Of a stretch of DNA of 64,000 nucleotides, positions 28,062 to 37,037 are shown piece by piece. The translations under genes and the position numbers were made by a program. This stretch comes from an uncultured Gammaproteobacteria bacterium (GTDB lineage Bacteria > Patescibacteriota > Microgenomatia > Daviesbacterales > UBA10151), in contig CAZDFU010000002.1 in the NCBI GenBank assembly GCA_964504985.1, forward strand, positions 11,782 to 75,781. Reading direction: 5' to 3'. The number at the start of each line of letters is the position of its first letter. Position 1 is the first letter of the stretch. A model generated the notes under the pieces. That model made no database searches. It saw nothing but the letters and a program-made list of their open reading frames with translations, and was not told where the DNA came from.

Positions 28062-29858
28062 TTAGTTTAACACAATTTCTGCTCTAATTCGACGTATGCC
28101 AGCTGAAACAGCTTCTTCTTTTGTTATCTTTATACCACCAATTATACCTGTATGTCCAACATGCGGTCCCCCGCAAAATTCTAAGGAATAATATCCTCCC
28201 CGTACTCTTGTATCCTTGGCATTTTTTTTCAATTCAAAATTTGGGCCCACTCCATAAACCGAAACTTTCAGAGCATATTTTTCATTAAATAAACCAATTG
28301 CATTCATGCTTTTAGCTTTTTCTAAATCTACTATCATATGATCAACTTTTAGATCTTCTTTTATCCTTTTATTGATAATCTCTTCAGTTTTTTTTATTTC
28401 TTCATCAGTCATTTTCCGCTCATATGAAAAATCAAATCTTAGTCTTTCAGATGTTATGTTAGAACCTTTTTGGAAAACCTGTGCTCCTAAAACATCCCTT
28501 AAGGCCTGATGCAATAAATGGGTAGCTGTATGGTATTTAATTACTATGTCAGAATGATCTGCCAAACCGCCTTTAAACATTCCTGATGAGGCTGCCCTGG
28601 AAAGTTCCCTGTGTTTTTCAAACTCTGCCTTAAATTGTTCTCTGCTAATATCTTGGCCCTTTTGTCTAAGGAGCTCTTCAGTAACCTCATATGGAAATCC
28701 AAAGGTCTGATATAAATCAAAAGCTATTTTGCCATCAATTTTTTCTATTTTTTCAATTTCTTTTAACCCTTTTTTTAAGGTTTGCTTAAACCTTTTCATC
28801 TCCTCTTCTACAACCACTCTTATCCCATCCCGGTCATCTGTTTGAAAATAATCAGTTTCCCCATATATACCGATAACTGGGTCAACAAGTTCCGGTAAAA
28901 CTTCAGGGGATCCGCCTATTTGATGTAACTTTACAGCAGCTCTTCTCAGCAGTCTTCTTAGAATATAACCCTGTAATTTATTAGATGGCATTGCTCCATC
29001 TTTGATTAAGAATGTGGCTGCTTTAATATGATCTACAATAATTCTGAATGAAACCTTATTGTCTTGATAAGATTTACTTGTTTGCTCTTCCAGTCTTTCA
29101 ATTATTGGTAAAAATAAATCTGTTTGATAATCATCATTTAATCCACCTAAAACAGAAACAGTTCTCTCAAGCCCCATTCCTGTATCAACATTTTGTTGTT
29201 TTAATTTTTCAAAACTACCATCTTCTTTTTTAAAAAACTGCATAAAAACATTATTCCAAATTTCAACCCAACTAGAATCGTCCGGATCAAAGCTATCCGG
29301 AGGATTCCCTGCAGATGCCCAGTAAAACATTTCTGTATCAGGACCACACGGACCAGTCTTTCCAGCTGGCCCCCACCAATTATTTTTTTTGGGAAGTTTA
29401 ACTATTCTCCCAGAAGCTATTCCTAATTTAAGCCAGGTATCATAAGACTCACTATCAAAAGGAGCATCACTGTCACCAGCAAATACAGAAATTGCCAGCT
29501 TTTCTTTTGGAATATTTAACCATTTAGAAGAGGTCAAAAATTCATAACTCCAGCTTATTGCTTCTTTTTTAAAATAATCACCTAAACTCCAATTACCAAG
29601 CATTTCAAAAAAGGTATGATGAACTTCATCCCCAACCTCATCAATATCATCTGTACGTAAACATTTTTGAACATCAACTAATCTTTTCCCTTCAGGGTAA
29701 GTTCCGCCTAAAAGATACGGTATTAAAGGCTGCATTCCTGCTGTTATAAAAAGGGTTGTTGGATCATTTTCAGGAATTAAAGGAGCTGAGGGAATTTCCT
29801 TGTGGTTTTTTTCAATAAAAAACTTTATATATTTTTCTCTGATTATTTTAGAATCCAT
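28062..29858 (-). CDS. alaS: Alanine--tRNA ligase (no C-Ala domain)
   Basis: DPTTLFITAGM, HHTFFEMLGNWS, DTGMGLER, HTATHLL, EFCGGPH; ends right after the editing domain. Confidence 0.97.
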   Translation of the reverse strand: MDSKIIREKYIKFFIEKNHKEIPSAPLIPENDPTTLFITAGMQPLIPYLLGGTYPEGKRLVDVQKCLRTDDIDEVGDEVHHTFFEMLGNWSLGDYFKKEAISWSYEFLTSSKWLNIPKEKLAISVFAGDSDAPFDSESYDTWLKLGIASGRIVKLPKKNNWWGPAGKTGPCGPDTEMFYWASAGNPPDSFDPDDSSWVEIWNNVFMQFFKKEDGSFEKLKQQNVDTGMGLERTVSVLGGLNDDYQTDLFLPIIERLEEQTSKSYQDNKVSFRIIVDHIKAATFLIKDGAMPSNKLQGYILRRLLRRAAVKLHQIGGSPEVLPELVDPVIGIYGETDYFQTDDRDGIRVVVEEEMKRFKQTLKKGLKEIEKIEKIDGKIAFDLYQTFGFPYEVTEELLRQKGQDISREQFKAEFEKHRELSRAASSGMFKGGLADHSDIVIKYHTATHLLHQALRDVLGAQVFQKGSNITSERLRFDFSYERKMTDEEIKKTEEIINKRIKEDLKVDHMIVDLEKAKSMNAIGLFNEKYALKVSVYGVGPNFELKKNAKDTRVRGGYYSLEFCGGPHVGHTGIIGGIKITKEEAVSAGIRRIRAEIVLN

Positions 29859-29987
29859 GAAGGTATTATAGCCTAAAGGACCTTTTTGTAGAATCTTTTT
29901 GTTTTTAGTTTTGGAGATTCAAAAATCCGCAGCAAGAAATTCGCTGGGAAGACATAAATTCATGCACAAGGCACAGGTAATTTCTTG

Positions 29988-30632
29988 TTACTTGTCACTT
30001 TTTAAAAACACCGTTCTTTCTATTTTTGTCTGCTTGCCACCTTTTGAACTAGCTATTATTACAATTTTACTGACATTTTCTGAGATTTTAATTTGTTGAG
30101 AGAACTTTCCATCTTCTTCAACACCTATCTCCTGGTCATTAATACTAACCTTTGCCTCCGGATCAGTTTTCCCTGAGATAATAATTTCATTGGAAGTTGC
30201 ATTAAATTGATCAACTGGTTGATCTACTTCTAAAAGCGGGGATCCCACCAAAGATCTGTATTGAAACCAAAGATAGACAAAAAAAATTATTACCAGGGCA
30301 ATAACCACACTCACTAAAACATTAGTGGGAGTTATCCGAAACCTTTTTTTATCCATAGGGTTACTAAAAGATTCTAAAACCCTTGGAGGATTCTTATTCT
30401 CGGAAAATTCCCTTCTAAAAATTGCCAAAAGTTTCTCTGTATTTAACCCTAAAAATTTCCCATAGTTTTTAATAAAACCCTGAATAAAAGTAGTTGGGGG
30501 GAGTTTTTGATACTGGCCTTGCTCTAAGGCTTCCAGCAATTCCTTTCTGATTTTGGTGGCTTTTTCTATCTCATCAAGAGTATAAAACTTTTTTTCCCTC
30601 TCTTGTTTTAGAACATCACCCACAGTTCTCAT
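29988..30632 (-). CDS. RodZ-like HTH membrane protein with C-terminal Ig-like domain
   Basis: VGDVLKQERE..TKIR..LEALE..GFIKNY HTH_25 pattern, TM, beta-rich tail; likely start MRTVG. Confidence 0.85.
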   Translation of the reverse strand: MRTVGDVLKQEREKKFYTLDEIEKATKIRKELLEALEQGQYQKLPPTTFIQGFIKNYGKFLGLNTEKLLAIFRREFSENKNPPRVLESFSNPMDKKRFRITPTNVLVSVVIALVIIFFVYLWFQYRSLVGSPLLEVDQPVDQFNATSNEIIISGKTDPEAKVSINDQEIGVEEDGKFSQQIKISENVSKIVIIASSKGGKQTKIERTVFLKSDK

Positions 30633-30636
30633 ACTT

Positions 30637-31443
30637 TCAATGGGTATTATATATACTCTCAACCAAAGTTACCAATCCGTTGTTTGAAACATCCGGAATT
30701 ACTAAATCTGCAATTTTCTTGAGCTCCTTTGGAGCATTTTCCATAGCAACTTTATAACCACAAACAGATAGCAAAGGATAGTCATTATACCCATCCCCCA
30801 CCCCTATCATATTTTCAGGGTGAATTTTAAGTATTTTAGATAATTCTAAAACCGCTAAGTGTTTGGTGGCTTTTTGGGAAGTAATATCCAATACTGTAGC
30901 AGTGCCGATACCGCTTCTAATAAAATGAAGGTCTTTATATAACTTTGTCAGCCTTTTTTCTAAGATTTTTGGGGCATCAATTTTAGTAATTTCTGATAAA
31001 ACTAATTTTGCAACTTTGTGATAATTTAATTCTTTTAAATCTTTAAAATTTATTCCTGGACCATAACCTAATGCTTTATGCCCGGCATTTTTTATGTAAA
31101 CTGCTCCTTCGCTTTCAACTGAAAAATCATAAATTTTCTCTAAAAAATAGTTGATTATTTTTTTTGCAGTACCGGCTGGAAAATGTTCATACCAAAGCAC
31201 CTTCTCAAATTGAGGATCAATTATTTCTGCCCCTCCTGAAACAATTTGAGGGGATAATAAATTTAAATCCTTACATATTTTTTTAACAATCCCCTTAAAG
31301 GGTCTGCCTGTAGCAAGGGAGATAATAATCCCTTTTTTTTCTAAATTAGATACTGCATCTTTTACCTCAGGTGTGATATAAAAATTAGCATCTACTAATG
31401 TCCCATCAAAATCCAAAATTAAAGCCTTAAACTTTTTACCCAT
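30637..31443 (-). CDS. Cof-type HAD hydrolase
   Basis: DFDGTL, ATGR, GDGYND motifs. Confidence 0.93.
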   Translation of the reverse strand: MGKKFKALILDFDGTLVDANFYITPEVKDAVSNLEKKGIIISLATGRPFKGIVKKICKDLNLLSPQIVSGGAEIIDPQFEKVLWYEHFPAGTAKKIINYFLEKIYDFSVESEGAVYIKNAGHKALGYGPGINFKDLKELNYHKVAKLVLSEITKIDAPKILEKRLTKLYKDLHFIRSGIGTATVLDITSQKATKHLAVLELSKILKIHPENMIGVGDGYNDYPLLSVCGYKVAMENAPKELKKIADLVIPDVSNNGLVTLVESIYNTH

Positions 31444-31456
31444 AATAAAATTCCTC

Positions 31457-32044
31457 TTATCTAACTTTGAATATCCCCTTTCTTAATATTTTGTATGATC
31501 CCTCACCATTTAACTGGATAATGGTAGAGGGCTCAGATTTTATTACTCCTTTGTCAATATAAAAATCCACATTATCCTCAAAATATTTTTTTGCCTCATC
31601 TATATCTTCAGCATACTTTCCCCCCTCAAAGTTTGCGGATGGCGCTACCAACGGTCCTGTTTCTTTTAAAACCGTTAAAAGCTCTTTATCCTTAGGCATT
31701 CTAAAAGCCAAATTATTTTGTCCTCTGTGAAGATATTTTAATTTATCAGATAATACAGGCAAAACCACAGAAACCGGGTTAGGCCACAGTTTCTTTAAAA
31801 ATTTTTTCTGGGCAATAGTCAGCGCAATATTAAAATTATTCAGATCATTTAACGAAGAAATTAAAATAATAAACGGTTTATTTTCCGATCTTTCCCTTAA
31901 TTTGTAAATTCTTTCTACAGTTTCCGGTTTTAGCGCAGAACCAACAATTCCATATATAGTATCAGTTGGCATTACTCCAACTGCATTGTTTTTAAGTAAT
32001 TCAATAATTTTATCTGCTTGCATATTTAAATATTGAGCTTTCAT
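31457..32044 (-). CDS. tsaC: L-threonylcarbamoyladenylate synthase (Sua5/YrdC/TsaC)
   Basis: PTDTIYG, AFRMP, APSAN, PSTII motifs. Confidence 0.93.
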   Translation of the reverse strand: MKAQYLNMQADKIIELLKNNAVGVMPTDTIYGIVGSALKPETVERIYKLRERSENKPFIILISSLNDLNNFNIALTIAQKKFLKKLWPNPVSVVLPVLSDKLKYLHRGQNNLAFRMPKDKELLTVLKETGPLVAPSANFEGGKYAEDIDEAKKYFEDNVDFYIDKGVIKSEPSTIIQLNGEGSYKILRKGIFKVR

Positions 32045-32058
32045 AACGGAAAGGGTTA

Positions 32059-34155
32059 TCAGCTTGCTGGGGTTACAGCACTTTGGGCAAAATATTCATC
32101 TGGATTTTTTACTAAAACATCCCTTGGCTTTGATCCTTCACCTGTTCCTACAATACCAGCCTCTTCCAACTCATCCAAAATCCTGGCTGCTCTGGCATAC
32201 CCTACTTTAAGCCTTCTCTGCAATAAAGATGCCGAAGCCCTGTCATATTGACAAACAGTTCTGACTGCTTCTTCAAAAAGATCATCCCTATCCCCGCTAT
32301 CGCCTTTTCCCCCTACCCTTCCCAACGGCATCTCTGTTACCTCAGCAGTATATTGTGGTGCAATACCAGTTGCCTTAAGATATTTTATTAAATTATTAAT
32401 TTCAGTATCCTGCAAAAATACTCCTTGTATACGTAACGGTTTTGAAGCATCAGGAGGCAAAAACAACATATCTCCTCTTCCCAAAAGTTTCTCAGCTCCT
32501 GGTCCATCTAAAATTACCCTTGAATCAACCATAGAGGAAACGTTAAAAGCAATCCTGCAGGGAATATTGGCCTTAATAAGACCTGTGATAACATCCACTG
32601 ACGGCCTTTGTGTAGCCACAACTAAATGAATTCCTGTTGCCCTGGCCAATTGAGCAATTCTGGTAATGGCATCCTCAATTTCAACTGGTGCAAACATCAT
32701 CAAATCTGCCAACTCATCAATAACAATTACAATATAGGGCAAAGCCTGAAAACCAGACATTTCATTAAACCCGACAATATTTCTTACCCCTGCTGATTGA
32801 AATAACTTATATCTCCTATCCATTTCTGCCATTGCCCATTTTAGGGATGAGAGGATTTTTTCCGGCTCAGTAATAACTGGAGTTAACAGATGGGGGATAC
32901 CGTTATAATTTGTTAACTCCACTCTTTTTGGATCAATCAAGATTAATTTTAATTCATCTGGTGAGTTTCTAAATAGAAGAGAGGTAATAATAGCATTTAA
33001 CATGATTGATTTTCCAGAACCTGTTGTTCCGGCAATCAGAACATGGGGCATTCTGTCTAAATCTACAACAATGGGTTTGGAAGAGGTGTCTCTGCCTAAA
33101 GTCACAGCCAGTTTTGATTTATGTTTAGCCATATCCTCTGAGGCTAAAATATGTTTTAAGCCGACTATTTCCAGGGAACGGTTAGGCACCTCAATCCCCA
33201 CTAAAGATTTTCCAGGAATGGGAGCTTCAATTCTTACTGTACCTGTAGGCGTGGCTAAAGCCAAGGCCAAATCATGTTGTAAATTGGCAATCTTTGATAT
33301 TTTCGTGCCTGCTGATATTTCTAAAGCATATTGAGTGACTGCAGGACCGCCATTAACCTCGGCAACCCTGGCTTGTATTCCAAATGAGTCCAAAGTCTTT
33401 TCGATAATTGACGCACTCTTTTTAACATCCCCCCTGTCTGCTGGGTGGCCGACTTTATCAGAAAGCAGTGAAAGTGTGGGATATTTCCAAACTTTTGACT
33501 GCCCCGCTACATTTTGCACCAGCGCATCAGCAATAACCGGCTCTTTATCTTTAACTGGACTAATCGGCGCTGGGGTAACAGAAACTTTTATTGGAATGTG
33601 CTTTGCCTCAAAGGTCTTTGGTTTATTAAATATTGGTTGCCAAATTTTATCCTTTAACACTACAAATAATTTAAATATCCAAATGAATATTTGGAAAATT
33701 TGACCCAGTGAGGTATTAAAAAGAACTACCAAACCAACCAAAGAGAGAAGTATAAGTAAAGCAACAGCACCGAAGACGCTGACAAAAGAAGAAAGTTCTG
33801 TCCATAACATTTGTCCTATTGAACCTGCTTTTTCAGGCGTTATTGAGGCAGTTAAACCAACAAGCGCCAGTATTACTAAGATAAAACCAAGCAAAACATT
33901 AGTTTGCGCAAACCGCCATTTAGACTTTGTTAACACTAAACCTGACAACAGGAATACTATTGGGGAGGCAATACTAACCCATCCCAATAAATTCTTTAAA
34001 AAATCTTTCCAAAACAGTAAAGGATTAGAATTAGTAAATAACGCAGCTGCTGAGACAACACCCAAAATAAAAGCAATAAGCGATCCAATGGCAGTAATTG
34101 TTTTATGTCTTAATTTGAGTTTTGGTAGTTTGTAAATAGATCTTCTACGGGACAT
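32059..34155 (-). CDS. ftsK: DNA translocase FtsK
   Basis: 4 TM N-terminus, GTTGSGKS, IDELADLM, LLQRRLKVGYARAAR gamma domain. Confidence 0.98.
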   Translation of the reverse strand: MSRRRSIYKLPKLKLRHKTITAIGSLIAFILGVVSAAALFTNSNPLLFWKDFLKNLLGWVSIASPIVFLLSGLVLTKSKWRFAQTNVLLGFILVILALVGLTASITPEKAGSIGQMLWTELSSFVSVFGAVALLILLSLVGLVVLFNTSLGQIFQIFIWIFKLFVVLKDKIWQPIFNKPKTFEAKHIPIKVSVTPAPISPVKDKEPVIADALVQNVAGQSKVWKYPTLSLLSDKVGHPADRGDVKKSASIIEKTLDSFGIQARVAEVNGGPAVTQYALEISAGTKISKIANLQHDLALALATPTGTVRIEAPIPGKSLVGIEVPNRSLEIVGLKHILASEDMAKHKSKLAVTLGRDTSSKPIVVDLDRMPHVLIAGTTGSGKSIMLNAIITSLLFRNSPDELKLILIDPKRVELTNYNGIPHLLTPVITEPEKILSSLKWAMAEMDRRYKLFQSAGVRNIVGFNEMSGFQALPYIVIVIDELADLMMFAPVEIEDAITRIAQLARATGIHLVVATQRPSVDVITGLIKANIPCRIAFNVSSMVDSRVILDGPGAEKLLGRGDMLFLPPDASKPLRIQGVFLQDTEINNLIKYLKATGIAPQYTAEVTEMPLGRVGGKGDSGDRDDLFEEAVRTVCQYDRASASLLQRRLKVGYARAARILDELEEAGIVGTGEGSKPRDVLVKNPDEYFAQSAVTPAS

Positions 34156-34182
34156 ATAAGTATTATATCATAATACTATAGG

Positions 34183-35880
34183 TTATACTTCAACTATAAC
34201 TGGGAGTATCAGAGGCCTCCTTTCAGTTGCATCATAGAAAAATTTTTCCAGTGCATCTTCAATTGTTTTTCTGACAAATCTCCAGTCTGGAGATTTATGA
34301 GCATGGCTTTCTAAAGAAGATCTGACAACTTCTTTTGCTGTATCAAGTATTTCTTTGGCCATATCCTCAAATACAAACCCTCTTGAGATAATATCAACTT
34401 CAGAAGACAGCTTTCCAGTATGTTGATCAACTGAAACCACCACAACTACAACCCCTTCTTCACTCATTTTTTGTCTGTCCCGCAAAATTACATGTCCAAC
34501 ATCACCTATACCCAACCCATCAACATACACGTTTTGTACATCCACCCTGCCAGACAGCTTAATATCATCCTTGCTTATCTGCAGGATATCTCCGTTTTCT
34601 ATCTCATCCAGCACTTTACGTTTTTCAAAACCTAAATCTTGTACCATTTTAGAAAATGCCCTCACATGCTTGAAAGTTCCGCCAATTGGAAAGACAAATT
34701 TTGGTTTGGCCAAATTCACCATTAACCTCAGTTCCTCTAAAGCTCCATGTCCTGAAACATGCAAATCATCATTCACAGCAGAATAATAAACAGTAACACC
34801 AAGCCTTGATAGAGCATCTATTAAAGCATTCTGGGCAGATTCCGTTGAAGGAATGGGGTCTGCGGAAAAGATGACACTATCTCCCATCTTTAATTTAACC
34901 TGTTTATGGCTTTCGTTAGCAACCCTTGCTAAAGAAGAACTTGGCTGACCTTGCGATCCGGCGATTAAAACTAAAACTTTTTGCGGTGCAAAGGAACTGA
35001 TAGCATCAGGAGCGATTACTATTCCATGAGGGATATGTAAATAGCCTAAGTCACGGGCTACTTGAAAATTATTTTCAAATGAACGTCCCACAATTGCTAT
35101 TTTCCTGCCAATTCGCTGCGCCACATTTATAGCCTGCTGCATTCTGGAAACATTAGATGAGGTCATAGTTATGAGCATTTTTCCCGCAGTCTCAAGAGCA
35201 GCTTTTTCAAACGTAGTCTCTATAGATTTTTCAGATTTATTAAATCCCGGCTTTTCCACTCTTAAACAATCAATCAACATAAGGAGTACTCCTTCTGCTC
35301 CAAGAGAGGCAACTGCTCCCACATCTGTTACTTGTCCTGAAACAGGAGTCCAATCAATCTTAAAGTCTGCCTGATGGATAATTGTACCAACAGGAGTCCT
35401 TATAACTATCCCCATTGAATCAGGTACAGAATGAGAGACTTGATAAAAAGATACCTTAAATACTCCAAGGTCTAATTTTTGATCAATTTTAACCTCAATA
35501 ATTTTATTTTTTTCTAAATTATGTTCGGTAAATTTATTTCTAATAAACCCTGCTGTTAATTTCTGAGTATAAATTGGCACCTGCAGTTCGGGCCACAAAT
35601 AAGGAAGACTGCCGATATGATCTTCATGCCCATGAGTGATTAATATTCCCCGTATTTTGTCTTTTTTATCCCTTAAGTAGGACATATCCGGGATTACCAA
35701 ATCCACCCCTGGCATCAACTCATCCGGGAAACCCACCCCGCAATCTACAATGATAATATCATCACCATATTCATACACATACATATTTTTGGTAACATCA
35801 CCGACACCTCCAAGAGGGATTAACTTCAAAGGCTGGTTGTTATTTAGACTAAGCGTTGGTTTAAACTGTTTTGTTTCCAT
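34183..35880 (-). CDS. rnj: Ribonuclease J
   Basis: THGHEDHIG, HSVPD, HVSGH motifs. Confidence 0.97.
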   Translation of the reverse strand: METKQFKPTLSLNNNQPLKLIPLGGVGDVTKNMYVYEYGDDIIIVDCGVGFPDELMPGVDLVIPDMSYLRDKKDKIRGILITHGHEDHIGSLPYLWPELQVPIYTQKLTAGFIRNKFTEHNLEKNKIIEVKIDQKLDLGVFKVSFYQVSHSVPDSMGIVIRTPVGTIIHQADFKIDWTPVSGQVTDVGAVASLGAEGVLLMLIDCLRVEKPGFNKSEKSIETTFEKAALETAGKMLITMTSSNVSRMQQAINVAQRIGRKIAIVGRSFENNFQVARDLGYLHIPHGIVIAPDAISSFAPQKVLVLIAGSQGQPSSSLARVANESHKQVKLKMGDSVIFSADPIPSTESAQNALIDALSRLGVTVYYSAVNDDLHVSGHGALEELRLMVNLAKPKFVFPIGGTFKHVRAFSKMVQDLGFEKRKVLDEIENGDILQISKDDIKLSGRVDVQNVYVDGLGIGDVGHVILRDRQKMSEEGVVVVVVSVDQHTGKLSSEVDIISRGFVFEDMAKEILDTAKEVVRSSLESHAHKSPDWRFVRKTIEDALEKFFYDATERRPLILPVIVEV

Positions 35881-35942
35881 GTATTATTAAATTTTCAAGC
35901 CTTTCAGCAAATAGTCCCGGTCTATTTTCATTCAATTTAAGA

Positions 35943-36983
35943 TTATCCTGATAAGTATTCCCCAAGATTATCCTGAGAAATTTTAAATGGTCCAATTTCC
36001 CCTTCAACTACTTTTCTGGCAACTTTACGGCATAGTGTTTGTAAAGCACGGGATAATGACCTGATCCCACCATCATAACCCAAAGGCCTGATAATATGGG
36101 GCCAGATAGCTTCATCTATTTCCAGCAACCCAGCCTCCACTCCTGCCTCTTCCAAAGCTTTTGGCAAGAGATAATCTCTTCCTATTTTAATCTTCTCCCC
36201 ATCAGAGTAAGAAGGCATCTGGATTGGTTCTAACCTGTCCATTACTGCTGTTGCTATATTGCCCGTGTTATTGGCAGTTGCTATAAATAAAACCTGTGAT
36301 AAATCATAAGGAAAATCCAGGTAATGATCTACAAAATTCTGATTTTGCGCAGGGTCTAAAAGCTCAACCAATACTCCCATAATATCAACTCTTGTCTCTG
36401 CTGCCACCCTGTCTATTTCATCCAGAAGTATCACCGGGTTTGATACTTGCACCGCTTTTATTGCTTTTATAATTTGACCAGGTTCACTTTCTTCCCTGAT
36501 ATGAGATTGTCCTCTTAAAACCGCTGTATCACCCAGGCCTCCAAAAGGAATTCTAATTATTGGTCTACCTAAAGCCTCTGCAATTGAATAAGCAAGCGAG
36601 GTTTTGCCAGTACCAACCAAACCCACAAACAATAAAATTGGGGCATGCCCTGCTGTCTTCCCGTCTGCAAAAGAGGCAGAGTTATTTCTTTTCTTCAGTA
36701 TCAGAACTGCCAAATACTCTAAAATCCTATCTTTAACTGCTTGTAACCCAAAATGGTTTTTATCCAAAATCTCTTTAGCCCGGTTTATATCTAAAATATC
36801 TTGAGAGAATTTCCCAAAGGGCAGGGAAGTCACAAAGTCTATATAAGCAGAAAACACCCCAAACTCCGAAACCGAAACCTTAAATCTTAATAAATTATTA
36901 AGTTTCTCGGAAATTTCTTGGGGTAACTTAGCCCGGGTAATTTTTGCTTTTAACTCTAAGGTAGTATCTTGGGCAGAATCCAT
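35943..36983 (-). CDS. Lon-family AAA+ ATPase module without N-terminal or protease domains
   Basis: LDKNHFGLQAVKDRILEYLAV, GLVGTGKT, LLDEID, LDPAQNQNFVDHY, DRLE; ends before the protease domain. Confidence 0.9.
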   Translation of the reverse strand: MDSAQDTTLELKAKITRAKLPQEISEKLNNLLRFKVSVSEFGVFSAYIDFVTSLPFGKFSQDILDINRAKEILDKNHFGLQAVKDRILEYLAVLILKKRNNSASFADGKTAGHAPILLFVGLVGTGKTSLAYSIAEALGRPIIRIPFGGLGDTAVLRGQSHIREESEPGQIIKAIKAVQVSNPVILLDEIDRVAAETRVDIMGVLVELLDPAQNQNFVDHYLDFPYDLSQVLFIATANNTGNIATAVMDRLEPIQMPSYSDGEKIKIGRDYLLPKALEEAGVEAGLLEIDEAIWPHIIRPLGYDGGIRSLSRALQTLCRKVARKVVEGEIGPFKISQDNLGEYLSG

Positions 36984-37037
36984 ATGTCATTAATTTTACC
37001 TTAAACTCACAACTTTCCCAACTATCTTGTAGCAAGT

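Noticed and set aside
28062-29858. alaS as a truncated pseudogene
   Set aside because: Catalytic and editing motifs are intact with a clean stop; short AlaRS, IF-2 and HrcA forms fit a reduced genome.
29859-29987. Possible T-box or tRNA upstream of alaS
   Set aside because: Only a 9-bp inverted repeat (caagaaatt/aatttcttg); no T-box consensus or cloverleaf, and alaS appears leaderless.
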